Below, piece by piece: positions 28,701 through 42,308 of a DNA stretch of 64,000 nt. Numbering within the stretch: position 1 is the stretch's first letter; each line of letters starts with the position of its first letter. Source of the stretch: Isurus oxyrinchus (taxonomy: Eukaryota); assembly GCA_026770705.1 (NCBI GenBank), contig JANJGN010000038.1:124001-188000 (forward strand), in the 5' to 3' direction. The notes beneath the pieces are model-generated. The model saw nothing but the letters and a program-made list of their open reading frames with translations, was not told where the DNA came from and searched no databases. The position numbers and the translations under genes were made by a program.

Positions 28701-30700
28701 AAACGGAGACAGTGTGTATTACAGTGAATACTGAAACAGGTTATGGGTTATTATAAACTGAGACAGTGTGTATTACAGTGAATACTGAAACAGGTTATGG
28801 GTTATTATAAACTGAGACAGTGCGTATTACAGTGAATACTGAAACAGGTTAGGGGTTAATATAAACTGAGACAGTGTGTATTACAGTGAATACTGAAACA
28901 GGTTATGGGTTATTATAAACTGAGACAGTGCGTATTACAGTGAATACTGAATCAGGTTATTGGTTATCATAAACTGAGACAATGTGTATTAGAGTGAATA
29001 CTGAAACAGGTTATGGGTTATTATAAACTGAGACAGTGTGTATTACAGTGAATACTGAAACAGGTTATGGGTTATTATAAACTGAGACAGTGAGTATTAC
29101 AGTGAATACTGAATCAGGTTATGGATTATTATAAACTGAGACAGTGTGTATTACAGTGAATACTGAAACAGGTTATGGGTTATTATAAACTGAGACAGTG
29201 TGTATTACAGTGAATACTGAAACAGGTTATCAGTTATTATAAACTGAGACAGTGTGTATTACAGTGAATACTGAAACAGGTTATGGGTTATTATAAACTG
29301 AGACAGTGTGTATTACAGTGAATACTGATACAAGTTGTGGGTTATTATAAACTGAGACAGTGTGTATTACAGTGAATACTGAAGCAGGTTATGAGTTAAT
29401 ATAAACTGAGACAGTGTGTATTACAGTGAATACTGAAACAGGTTAATGGTTATTATAAACTGAGACAGTGTGTATTACATTGAATACTGAAACAGGTTAT
29501 GGGTTATTATAAACTGAGACAGTGTGTATTACAGTGAATACTGAAACAGGTTATTGGTTATTATAAACTGAGACAGTGTGTATTACAGTGAATACTGAAA
29601 CAGGTTATGGGTTATTATAAACTGAGACAGTGTGTATTACAGTGAATACTGAAACAGGTTATGGGTTATTATAAACTGAGACAGTGAGTGTTACAGTGAA
29701 TACTGAATCAGGTTATGGGTTATTATAAACTGAGACAGTGTGTATTGCAGTGAATACTGAAACAGGTTATGGGTTATTATAAACTGAGACAGTGTGTATT
29801 ACAGTGAATACTGATACAGGTTATGAGTTATTATAAACTGAGACAGTGTGTATTACAGTGAATACTGAAACAGGTTATGAGTTAATATAAACTGAGACAG
29901 TGTGTATTACAGTGAATACTGAAACAGGTTATGGGTTATTATAAACTGAGACAGTGTGTATTACAGTGAATACTGAAACAGGTTATGGGTTGTTATAAAC
30001 TGAGACAGTTTGTATTACAGTGAATACTGAAACAGGTTATGGGTTATTATAAACTGAGACAGTGTGTATTACAATGAATACTGAAACAGGTTATGGGTTA
30101 TTATAAACTGAGACAGTGTGTATTACAGTGAATACTGAAACAGGTTATGTGTTATTATAAACTGAGGCAGCCTCTATTACAGAAATTACTAATACAATAT
30201 TTGTATTTATATAAACCGAGAAAGGTTATTTTGCAGTGATTATTGATGCAAGGCATGGATTAATATAAACTGAGACTGGGTCTATTACAGAGATGACTGA
30301 TACATGCTATTGATTAACATAAACTGAGACAGGGTCTATTACAGTGATTACCAATACAAGGTTTATATTGATATAAAGTGTGTCATGGTTTTTACAGGGA
30401 TTACTGATACAAGGTATTGATTACTATCAACTGAGACAGGGTCTCTTGCAGTGATTACTAATACAATGTTTGCATTATATAAACTAAGACAGGGTCTCTT
30501 TCAGTGGTTACTGATACAAGGTATGGATAATATCCACTTAGGCAGGGTTTATTACAGTGATTACTGATACAAAGTCTGTATTCATATAAACAGCGGCAGG
30601 GTCTAGTGTAGTGATTACTGGTAAACGGCCTAGATTAATATCAACTGCTACAGAACAGGATTACTGATACTGAGCCCAATTTAATAAAACTGAAGCGGGG
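19780..30700 (+). repeat. About 11-kb 54-bp satellite array (consensus gattaatataaactgagacagggtctattacagtgattactgatacaaggtatg)
   Basis: Continuous 54-bp periodicity read directly, roughly 200 units. Confidence 0.97.
28650..30165 (+). repeat. Homogeneous 54-bp subarray, about 28 copies (actgagacagtgtgtattacagtgaatactgaaacaggttatgggttattataa)
   Basis: Near-identical units with period 54 (e.g. ttatgg at 28741 and 28795). Confidence 0.97.
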
Positions 30701-31394
30701 CATAAAGCGATAATCTCTGACACAGCACGGAGTGTAAGTCAACCAGGGATAAATCTGGTGTGGAAACAATTGATGCAGGGCTTTGCGGCATATTGAGAGG
30801 GACAGAGAGTAATGCAGTTATAATTAATGCATAACCTAGTGTAATATACAGAGAGATAGGGTTTAGTGTGACATCATTAGAAACATCTTACTGTGCAATA
30901 TAATAAGTGTATTAATTTCGAATTAACATAAGCCCCAGCATCACTGATCCATTTGCCAGTGGAACAGCTTCTCCCTAAATATTGAAAAACATTCCTCACA
31001 CGTCGGACCATTTCTGATAAACCTATCCTAAGATTCTCGTTGATGAGGAGAGCAATCCCAGTTTTTTGTTGTGCAGAGAGTGAAGGGTAGTGCAAACTTA
31101 AGTTCCAGGAAATCTTCTGTCTTGTTACTTCGAAATTAGCATTTAACAATCGTTGACACTGTTATATGGGGCCAATGGAAATAAAGTGCACTGTTACAAC
31201 AGAGTCAGGCTAAGACACCGGGCTACAAGGCAACGGATCCCTGACAACTAAATTGATGTGTATAAGACTGGAGCCTGCTCCTGAACTTTATATACATATA
31301 ACCAAATGCTATAATTTCAAAATAGCAACTGCAACATGTCCAGTGCCTTGCATTAGTGGCTCTCATACATGGACAGTAACCACTACTGAACTGA

Positions 31395-31490
31395 AAACAG
31401 AAAGTGCTGGAAAGACTCAGCAGGTCTGGCAGGGTCTGAGGAGAGAGCAACAGAGTTAACGTTTCGATTCCATGTGAGTTTATTCAGAGC
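31395..31490 (-). mobile_element. Second PLE-derived terminal fragment with a decayed hammerhead core
   Basis: Minus strand CTGAATAA-ACTCACATGGAATC-GAAACGTT-AACTCTG; core G8 mutated and stem II disrupted. Confidence 0.5.
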
Positions 31491-31539
31491 CACAACTGCA
31501 GGTTTGAAGCATGGTCAGGTGGGTGATCATTCAGATGTG

Positions 31540-31990
31540 GCGATGGTAATGTCATCTCAGTCTTAGGGAATAGCAGCATCGAGGTACATTAACTGGGCTG
31601 GTAATACAGAGAAGATCAGAAATGCTCCAGAGACATGATTTAAACGCCACGACGGCAGCTGGCGGGATTTCCATTCATTTAATTCACTAAAACCGAAACT
31701 GGAATAAAATTACTCATTGCATTAATAATCGAACAACCTCATTGTCATGAAGTTGCAACTGGTTCACTAATGTCATTCGGGGAGGAAATCTTACCCTTAC
31801 CAGCCTGGCCTACGTGAGGCTGGAGCCCCACAACAACGTGGTTGACTCTTAACGGCCCTTGGAATGGTCCAGAAGGCCATTTAGTTGGGTCAAAGCACTT
31901 CTTGGAAAGTCAAATAAGAGGCGCACGGCACAAACTGCAGCTGTTGAAGGTGTCGGCTCCCCGCCACCTTCTCAAGGGTACTTATTGCAG
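31540..31990 (+). mobile_element. Decayed tRNA-derived SINE copy
   Basis: ggttcactaatgtc...tggcctacgtg...gtggttgactcttaac block shared with 488-840. Confidence 0.6.
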
Positions 31991-33229
31991 GACAGTTAAG
32001 GCTGGCCTTGTTTTCGACGTTCACAACAAAAGAACAAATAAAAACAACGGTCAAAGCTTTGTAAACTATTACGGATGCTCTCAATGTAAAGTAAGGCCAG
32101 AAAATCGGGAAACACTCAGCATCATTCTCCGCTGACACTATTTTACAGCGCAGGGGTAATCCTAGACCAATACCTAATGCGCAACTAACATCACTAATAA
32201 ACAGGTGATCTGCGCTTTTATTACATCTCTGTTGGTGGGAGCTTCCTGTGCACAAATTGTCTCCTGTAGTTCTAACGTGACACAAGAGATTATAATTCGA
32301 AATAAGGTACATAAATGAGGTTAATGAGATATGTGATTTTGGACCTCCTGAGATGGTGAAATGTGCTGTATAAACACCGAGTTTTTACTAAAAGTGAACA
32401 TGTCAAAACATATGTGGTGATGTGTTAGAAAGTCTGAGAAGAATGTGATTAACGGTCATTTCTCTGTTCATTATTTAAACATGTTTATGTGAAAGGGGTT
32501 CATCCTTTCACCAATCGATATTCAGCGGAATAACAGGCTGCTCAGAAATGCTTAATTGATTTAAGCAGCAGAATTTCCAGAAACATTTTTTCTTAAATTT
32601 AATGGCTTCTTTTGTTTAAAATAAATAACATCTGTACCAATTGGTTTTCTGAAAATTGTGTTCAATTCTTATACCATCTGTGAATATTCTTAAAATAAAC
32701 TTGTTTTGCGCTGAACATAATCAATAAGTGACTGTTGATCTGATTCTGCTGCCATGAACACCACTTTGAAACTAGTGAGGCGGTTATGTAAATAAACACA
32801 GAAATAGACGCCTCAGAATAGAATATTGAGCGTCGGAAATACAATAGATGTTTCCCCACCAGCAGAGCATGGAAATAACAACAGAGAGAAATGCAAATCA
32901 CACAAAGGATTCCAGTAATGATTGATAGTTGGAAGATTTCTATAAGTTATGGGATAACAATATAAAGATGTTTTTGTGTTCAAAACTGGCGAAGCGTCCT
33001 TTGATCCGGTATACAGCAGCATTGAAAATGTGTTTGCGGAGTTTCCTGCATTCTATCCCGCTCTGTCTCCCTTTCTCCCCTATGCCGGGCGTGTCTGGCC
33101 TCTCATTAGTGTGTCAGCGTCTGTAACTCATAACGTGAAGTCAGTATCTTATCAAAGATTAATCTCACCCCTATTCATTGACTTTTAACGAAATAGATGG
33201 CTGTTCACAGAAGGAACTTAACTCTAAAA

Positions 33230-33570
33230 TGTGTCTGGTTCACTTAACAACATGGGAGTATTTAATGGGACAGTCTAAAGGGAGCACTCCTCTGCAAATT
33301 AACATTCCTATGTCTTCCAGTGAATGGTTTATGGGAATTTGTAGAGGGATATTTTTTCTGCATCTGATACTGCTGCACCATTCTTGGGAGCATTCGATCG
33401 AATCATGTAGAGGGACCTTTGTCTATCCAGCGCTATACATGTCCTGAGAATGTTTGGTGGGATAGTTTAGAGAGACCTTTACTCTGCCTCACCCAGGAAT
33501 TTACCAATGTAGAGGTAGCTTTACTCTGCGTCTCCCGTGTCTATCCTTAGGAGTGTGTAATAGTGTTTCG
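33230..33570. repeat. Degenerate ~60-65-bp minisatellite
   Basis: Recurring gggagt.ttt.atgggacag / gtagaggga.ctttactctg motifs. Confidence 0.55.
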
Positions 33571-35559
33571 GACTCAGTGCATGAAATGGTGTTCTAGACC
33601 GAATCCCTCATCACATGTCAAAATATATTTGGATGTTCACTTGAAGTACTGTAGCCCCAAGGGCCCTGGCACAAAAGCTAGGAAGTGGGATTAGACTTGA
33701 TAGATCATTTCAGGCCATTATGGTTAGGGTGTGCACAATGGCCTGTTTCTGTGCTGCAGAAAGCTATGATTTTCAGATCCTATGAAGTGCGTTGAGGTCT
33801 CAGAAAGTGTACAGAGGAAGGTAATGAGTTTGTTAACAAGGATCAGGGTCTTTAGTAACAACAATCAATTGGACAAATTGGCAGCATTCTGCTTGTGATA
33901 AAGAAGATTAAGCAGAAACCTAAACGCTTTTTCCAAGATGATGAGAGGTTTGAAAGAGAATTAGCAGAGAACATCAGTTCCTTCTGTTCATTGTGTCAAT
34001 ATCCAGTGATCATAGCTTCAGAACAAATGTATATATTGGCAGATTTGTAAAAGGGCGATGAAGGGAAATATTTCGCCAGCAACTGGTTCCCTTTATATTA
34101 CACCAGATCCTGCCTCAATTATTACTCTTTGAGTTCAAGTCACAGTTCTGGTTTTGCTGAAACCTGTGAAATTTATGGATGCATAATCTGGTATTTGTAT
34201 TTTTATTACACTAGGCTCTGACACTATTAACTCTGTGCTAATCAAGCCTCTGTTTCAGGCCGGCCCCCAAATCTGTTATTACTACATTAGAGCATTTCGC
34301 TATATATATTATATAACGCTCTGTTTCAGTTATTAGTGAACCATACACCATGTCTCTATACGTCGCACTCGACCACGTCTCATTTATTACTATACTAGAA
34401 CATGTATGTGTTAATATAACCCTGGATCCTGTCTCTGTTGTTACTGCACTGGAACTTGTCTCCATTTATGTTTTACATAATTGTTTCTGTTAAAATTGCA
34501 CTGGAAAATATATCTCTTTATATTTTACAGTGGGCTCTTTCTCAGTTATTACTGCCCTATACCATGTTTCTGTTAAGCTAACACTTTACCCACGCCAGTA
34601 AACATTGAATTATATCATGGCAAACGTATTGGAAACTGGTGAGGAGATAGTGAAGTTAACGCGCAGCACAAAACAATGGAAACAGAAACAATTTTTTTTT
34701 ATTGAATTTCATTGAGAGTGGAAAGTGTTACATTCCATTCCAAGTGAGAGAGTTACAGATTTATTATGCTCACGTTAGGTATAGGTACAGTTGCATTTTC
34801 ACCGCCTCTTGCACGGATCATCACACACTCCAGTGACGCACAAGTGATCACTTGTCAACAAACAGAGAAAATGGTGGGTAGATGTCCTTTATTCTCCATG
34901 TGATTTAATCCACTTTCGAACTGAATTCTGACCGCAGCTAAACTCACTTTGGAATCTAAATAGGCATTTTCCACACAAGAACTCGAAAAAGACGTCAGCA
35001 TCAAGAAACGTTAACGATAATAGATGATCTGAAATTGCTGGATGGATGGTTCGAAATATAGATAGATAGACTGACAGCCAAACAGACAGGTACGCAGCTA
35101 GATGGGTTGACAGATAGAGAGACTGAGATACACAACATCTAGCATAATATATACAGTTTAATGCTAAATAACTTTTTCGGTGGTTCATATGATACAAACA
35201 GGGAGATGGTCTTGTATAATGTGAAGAGATGTATGCATCAGTGCAATTACTTACTCCAACAGGGCCTAGTGTAAAACACCAACTGAGACTAGGTCTTTTG
35301 CACTGCGATCTGAGACAGAGTCCTGTGTAATTTAAAGGAAGGCATGACCCAGTCGTTACGTATCAGCACCTTTCATGGTCTTAGATACCTCGATCAAAGC
35401 CCCTCTTAACACCCTCTATTCTAAGGAAAACAATTGAAGATCTCCAAGGTCTAGTAACATTCGGATCAATCTCCTCTTCATCCTCTCTGCGACTTTCAAA
35501 TGCTTTATAAAACATAGTTCCTGGAATAATTATGTACAATACCCATGGAAACACAGTAG

Positions 35560-36270
35560 GGAGTACTTTAACAAATGTTGTTTTTAATCATTCACTGGGC
35601 TGAAGTATTTATTTCTCTCTATTCATCCAGGAGATGTGAGCGTCTCTGACACGGCCAGCATTTCCCCCCATGCTCCGCTGTCCTGGGACTGAATATCTGG
35701 CTAGACATTTTCAGAGTCGGAGGATAGTTAAGAGTGAACCACGTGCTGTGGACCTGGAGTCACATTTAGGCCAGACTGGGGAAGGATGCATATTTACTTC
35801 ACCGAATGTTCATTAGTGAACCAGATGCGTTTATAGCAATGAAAATTGTAACGATCCAGTTCCATTTCCATTTTTTTATTCATTCATGGGATTTGTGCGT
35901 TTCCAGCTGAACCAACATTCAATAGCCAAACACAATTGCCCTTGAGAAGGTGTTAGTGAGCAAACCACTTGTACTGCTGCAGTCCACGTGCTGTAGGGAC
36001 ACCCACAGTGCTTCTAGGAAGGGAGCTGTATGATTTGGACGCAAGGATAGTGAAGAAACAGGGACTTTCCATTGTTGTTGCTGTGCTTCTGCTGCCCTTG
36101 TTGCCCGGAGAATTGGGGAATATTCCACCACACTCCTGACATGTGCCTTGTAGTTTGTGGACAGGTATTTGCCGAATTCCCAGCTTCCGAACGGCTCTTG
36201 TCTCAATCGCATTTAAATTTCACCAGCTGCTGTGGTGGGATTTGAATTCATGTCCCCAGAAGATGAGTCT
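35560..36270 (-). mobile_element. Inverted SINE plus LINE-tail fragments
   Basis: Reverse complement of the blocks at 488-840 and 1-410. Confidence 0.6.
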
Positions 36271-36844
36271 GGACCTCTGGGCTAGTGATGAGCACTTGGG
36301 ACGCTATAACATTCAAGGCTATGGGCCAAGTGCTGGTAAATAGGATTAGGTAGGTAGGTAGGTCAAGTGTTTCTCAAGTGCTGGTGCAGACTCGATGGGC
36401 CGAAGGGCCTCTTCTGCACTGTGATTCTGTGAATCTGTGGCAGAGCTACAGCCAGGTCGTGCCTGAGTTAGGGTCCAGTGTAATGTAACCAGAGATAAGG
36501 CCTGGTATAATTTAAATGGTAAGTTGCTCCAGTGCAGTAATAACTGAAACAGAGCCTGGTTAAAATAAACTTAAACATGGTCCAGTGCATTAAAAACAGG
36601 GACAAGTTCTATGAAATATAAACATAAACAATATAGCACATCAATAACTAAGAAACCGCCTTATGTAACACAAACAGATATTATATGAGGTCAAATTTCA
36701 ACAAAGCTTTTTGGAATTTAAACTTAGTTAATTTTATACATCTGAACTATTAAAAATGCCCTCAATATCAGTAATGGGAAATGTGCATCTCCCAGACTCA
36801 TCAAAACACAGCTGACATATAAAGGTACGTTTCAGAAATACATT

Positions 36845-36935
36845 CCCACCCCCCCCCCACCCCCCCCCACCCCCCCCCCACCCCCCCCCCCCACCCACCA
36901 CACCCCCCCCACCCCCCCCCCCCCCCCCCCCACCA
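36845..36935. repeat. Poly-C / (CCCCCCCCCA)n tract
   Basis: Read directly. Confidence 0.9.
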
Positions 36936-37199
36936 CCTTACATGTTTTTTTCCCAAAGGGATTCCAGATAAAGAGCAAGGTCGTTAACTTTGAATCTCCC
37001 TCTAAACATTCTCAGTGTGCAGTCATTTTTATTAAACGGCCACGAGAATCAGCAACCTGAGCACAGTCAGTAAAGCCAGACGGCATCAACCGAGGCACAG
37101 GCAAAGACACAGACAGTCCAATTAACTGTATAAAATTCTCTGAACGATCTTCTGTGGACATCTCCCACAGCTGAGAAACACTGAACACAGGCTGGCGGA

Positions 37200-37990
37200 A
37201 ACACAAGAAGAACAACAACAACAAAGAACAAAGAAAAATACAGCACAGGAACAGGCCCTTCGGCCCACCAAGCCTGTGCTGATCATATTGCCCGTCAACT
37301 AAAACATTTTGCACTTCCGGGGTCCGTATCCCTCTCTTCCCATCCTATTCATGTATTTGTCAAGCTGCCTCTTAAACACCACTATCGTACCTGCTTCCAC
37401 CACCTCCTCTGGCAGCAAATTCCAGACACTCACTACACTCTGCATAAAAATCTTGCCCCGCACATCTCTGTAGTTTTCTCCTCTCACCTTAAATCTATGT
37501 CCCCTAGGAATTGAATCTCCCACCCTGGGAAAAAGATTCTGACTGTCTACTCTGTCCATGCCACTCATAATTTTGTAAATTTCTATCAAGCCGCCCCTCA
37601 ATCTCAGTCCCTCCAGTCAGAACAATCAGAGTTTCTCCAACCTCTCCTCATACTTAATAACCTCCAGATCAGGCAGCATCCTGGTAAACCTCCTCTGCAC
37701 CCTCTCCAATGCCTCCATATCCTTCTGGTAATGTGGCGACCAGAATTGCAAGCAATATTCCAAGTGTAGGCTAACCAAGGTTCTATACAGCTGCGGCATG
37801 ATTTCCCAGCTTTTATACTCAATACCTCTGCCAATGAAGGCAAGCTTGCCATATGCCTTCCTGACTACCTTATCCACCTGCGTTGCCACTTTCAGTGACC
37901 TGTGGACCTGTACACCCAGATCCCTCTGCCTGTCGATGCACTTAAGGGTTCTGCCATTTACTGTATAATTCCTACCTGTATTAGACCTTA
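37200..37990 (-). mobile_element. Relatively young CR1 3' fragment
   Basis: Two long minus-strand ORF pieces (LHLEYCLQFWSPHY; LIEIYKIMSGMDRVD) plus intact 3' tail. Confidence 0.9.
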
Positions 37991-38149
37991 CAAACTAAAC
38001 ACCCGCCTGACATAGTCATGCTCAATGTTAATACCTTCCAACCAATATCCCCACGCCTGATTGACCCACCAGTGATGGCGGGATATTAGTCGGGAAGGAG
38101 TGCCCCTGGGGGTCCTCAATATTGACTCCAGGAGTCATGAATACTCCTG

Positions 38150-40140
38150 GCATCAGAACAGGCAACAGTGGAAAATCTCCTTTCTAATTCGAATTATTTC
38201 CCTACCTCAACTAATGAATCAGCGCGTCTCCATGTTGAACACAATTCTGGTGAAACCCTGAGAGCAGAAAAGGAAATGGAACTTCAATGCACATCAGCAA
38301 GAATGGCTCGATACCAATACTGACTGAGCTGGCCGAGTCACGAAGGACATATCTACCAGACCGTGCCCCTGGAAGGTGTTGAGAGAACACAAGGAGAAAA
38401 CTTACTTGAGATGGCTCTCATTACTCTACCTGGCACAGATACATCTCTCCACATCAGTATTGATGAGAGTGTGCACCGCACTTTTCTTTTGGATACAAAG
38501 ACCCATCTTCAGACTGAGAGCACCACCCGCGATGTTGTGTGGCATAATCATCGTGCTAAATGCGATAGACTTGGAGAATATTTGGCAATTAAAACCGTGC
38601 GTCAGTGAGGCCATTAGCTTGAGCAACATTCTCATTCCCCACAATATGCACGTCATGGGATGTATAACCCTCACTCTACCAATAGGATGAAGCCAGGGGA
38701 TCAACGGTTGTTCAGTGATGAATTTAGAGCAGTAGACCAGATGCAGCAACAAGAACATCTAAAAATGGGGCGTCAGCCTGATCAAGCTGTAACATGGTGA
38801 AAAATTGCTGAACAAACCCAATGCGGCCCATTGACCCTCAATCATTGTACTCTCAGCCAGCAGCAACCTGATGGAAGGTGTCATTGACGGAGCAATCAAA
38901 CAGCAGCTCATCACCAACAAGCTGCTCAACAATGCTCAGTTTAGGCTTCACAAGGGCCTTTCAGTTCCCGACTACATCACGTTGTTGATTTCAACAAAGA
39001 CAAACAGCTGAATCCTAATATGAGAGTGAATGCCCTTCACATCAAGGTAGCAGTTGACAGATTGTGGCACCAAGGATCATTAGCAACATTGAAGTCAATG
39101 AGAATCATGGGGCGGGGGGGTGGCGGGGCGGGGGGGGCGGGGGGGACTCATTGGAGTCATACCTAGCACAAATGAAAATGATTGCCTTTGCTGGAGGCCA
39201 AAAACTCCACACCAGAGCATCGCTCTCGGAGTTCCTCAGGAAAGTGTCCTAGGCCCAGCCATCTTCAGTTGCTTCATCAATGACTTTATTTCCATAATCA
39301 TGTCAGAAGTAGCGATGTTCATGAATGTTGGCACAACTTTAGCACCTTTCTGGATTCCTCAGATACTGAAGCAGTTCATGCCTCCATGCAGAAAAAAAAA
39401 ACATTTGGACAATATTAAACCTTTGGCTGATGAGTGGAAAGTGACATAACGTGTTACAAGTGCCAGGCAGTGACCATCTCCATCAAGAGAGAATCTAACC
39501 ATCTCCGGTTGTTATTCATTAACATTAGCATCGCGGAATCCAACACCAGCAACACTGTGGGGGCCACAGCAGTAAATTAAGTTAACTGAACCAGCAACAT
39601 ATATGAAGCATCTAGAAAAGGTCAGAGGCAGCAGGTTGTATGGCGAGTGACGCACCTCATGACTCCCCAGAATCTGTTCACAATGTCCATGCAAACTTTA
39701 GGAATGTGATTGAATATCTCAGCTTGCCTGGATCAGGGCAGTTCCAACAACACACTTGCCGAGCAGGCCCGACGAACCACATGGTCTTCTCCTAATACTA
39801 TTTCTTATATTCGGAAGAACGAAGACACCATCTAGGAAAAATCATCGCGCCTGATGGCAATCCAATCCGCTATTTATAAATCCATTCCCTCCAGCACCAC
39901 TGCACAAATACAGCTGTGTGCACCATCTACGAAATGCACTGTGGCAACTAGCCAACTGCCCTATGAAAGCGCCATGCAAGCCCTTGACTGTTAGCACCTA
40001 GAGGAACAAGTGTAACAGACCCATGGAAAGACCTATAAGTTCACCTCAAGGCCAAATACCACATTGGCTTGGAAATATATCGTTATTTCTTCACTGTCGC
40101 CGGGTCAAAACCCTGAAACCCCTATCTAACAGCAATGAAT
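38150..40140 (+). mobile_element. CR1/L2-like LINE remnant whose 3' end is shared with the SINE tails
   Basis: VVWHNHRAKCDR, NAQFRLH, GVPQESVLGPAIFSCFIND motifs; 3' tail matches 1-410. Confidence 0.75.
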
Positions 40141-42274
40141 CATAGGGTCATAGAAATCCACAATACGGAAGAGGGACATTCGTCCCAGTGAACAAGCAGT
40201 AATCAGCCTTGTCAACTTTCCAGCTCTTGGTCTGTAACCTTTTAGGTTGTTTCTCTTCCAGTCTCTGCGATCCTTTCACATCATGAGTTTTAGATTCCCA
40301 TCATCCTTTGGGTGAAAACATTTGCCGTGACCTATTTACTCTAGAATGAAGGGGTCGACAGTACTTTAGCCAGATTTGCTGATGATACTAAGCTGGAAAG
40401 CGAAACAGGTTCTGAGGAGGACACTCAGAGGCCACAGTGACATATTGGTAAGCTAAGTGATCGTGCTGAAATTTGGCACATGGACTATAAGGTTGGAAAA
40501 ATATGAGGTTGCCTAAGTTTGCAGGGTAAGTCGAAAGGCAACATGTTATTTAAATTGAGAGACGGCTGCAGAATTCCTCGGTGCAGAGAGATCTGCGTGT
40601 GTTTGTACACAGATCACACAAAGCATGCGGGCACAGCAAAGAGTTAGGAGGCAAAGAGAATAATCCCTTTTCTGCAGCATTGTGTTACCTCAGTTTCCTT
40701 TGTTCAAAAGTAAACAAACCTAACCTATCCTCCCAAATAGCAAACCCAAATAGTAAATCTCCGTTGTAACGTGTCGAGCCCAATCAAATCTTTCCGATAG
40801 TTCCTGGCCCAGGGCTGCACCAAACACTCTAACTCGGGGCTACCTAGTGTTTTACACAGTTCCAGCAGAACGTCTCAACTCGTATTTTCTATGCCTCGGA
40901 GAATAAAGGCAAGAAACCCGTCTGTTTCTTGATCACCTTATCTACCTGTCCAATCACCTTTATGAATCTCTGCATTCGATAGTCCCACTTTACTTCTCAG
41001 TGTCGTATTATTCGTGAATCAATGGAATTCACTACCTCAGAATGCACTGGATGCCGGGATGCTGAATAAAGTTAAGGAGGAGAAAGACAGATTTTTAATT
41101 AGTAATGGATTGAAAGGTTTTGGGGAGAGGATGGGAAATTGGAGTTGAGGCCGAAATGAGATCAGTCATGATCGTAATGAATAGCGGGGCAGGCTCGAGG
41201 GGCGGAATTGCCAAGTCCTGCTCCTGGTTCTTATGTTCTTATTTACTGTTTATTACTTTACCTTGTTAGCTTTCCTTAAATGCACTTCCTCGCAATTATC
41301 TTTATGCCATTCTTATGTCTATCTGACTGGTCGATTTCCTGCAGTGTACAGCTATCTGCTTCATTTTTAATCACGCACCCAATTTGTGTATCATCTAAAG
41401 CCTTCTTAATCATGCTCTTTTCAGTCATGTGCGAGTAATTGATACATGCAAGAAAAGGCAAGTGTCCTATTACTAAGGCCTGGGGGATACCACTCCCATT
41501 TACAGAAACACCCCGTGTCATTTACCGTTTGCTTCCTGCCATTGAACCAATTTTGGATTTACCTCTCCGCTTTGCCTTGGATCATATTGGCCTTTAATTT
41601 CGGAACCGCTCTGCCATGTAGAAACTGGTCATTTTAAAATCCACATAGACTACATCGAATGCATTGTATCCATCGGCACTCCTTATTATCCTTTCAAAAC
41701 ATTTAACCATAATAGTCACACTCGCCCTTCCTTTAACAAATTCTTGCTGTCCAGCTTTGCTTAGTCAGTGTCATTCTAAATGTAGATGCACCTTGTCTCT
41801 TAGAATGTTCTCTTTCCAATACTATTCCCGGTTCCTACGGTTCCTAGATTATATTCACTGTTCTGTAATCACTCAGTATATACCTTTCTCCGTTTTGAAC
41901 AATGCACAACGTAAGCTGTCCTCTCGCCCTGTCTCAGTGCCTGAATTTGCAAAGGATTATAAAGTGATGGTGATTCCTATGCCGAGGATTCAATTCGGGC
42001 GGATCTTGGGATTTATGCAGTTTCAAAGGTATTAAACCGCTTGATACTTTCAAGAAGGTGGAAATTCGCCATTTCTCAAGGAGAACTGGGAATGGGTAGA
42101 GATGTTTGACTTAACCACTATTCCAAATCAGTCGATAATTAATAAGTAAAACATTAGAGACTGTCTAATGTAATATAAACCATCCATGCCCATCCCTACA
42201 TTACACTAGGCCCTTTCTCAGTTATTGCCGCCTGAGGCAGTGCTGATTTAGTATGATTTCGGCAAACCAACTTA

Positions 42275-42308
42275 CACTGTCACCTGGTGGCCAATCGTTG
42301 TCATTACT
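42275..42308 (-). promoter_or_regulatory. CTCF-like site C (reverse)
   Basis: Minus strand reads AGTAATGACAACGATTGG-CCACCAGGTGACAG-TG; one core mismatch. Confidence 0.6.

Noticed and set aside
19780-30700. CRISPR-like regular array
   Set aside because: No unique spacers, eukaryotic context and no cas genes; it is a tandem satellite
30877-31149. 90-aa minus ORF as a host gene exon
   Set aside because: KT..LLINENLRIG...FQYLG resembles the C-terminal part of a LINE RT; treated as a retroelement remnant
32891-32898. Perfect octamer ATGCAAAT (and ATTTGCAT at 5742-49)
   Set aside because: 15 kb or more from the V; a few hits are expected by chance in 64 kb of AT-rich DNA
36845-36935. Poly-C tract as a functional G-quadruplex
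   Set aside because: Sits at the junction of a CR1 insertion and a satellite relic with no supporting context; homopolymer length is also unreliable
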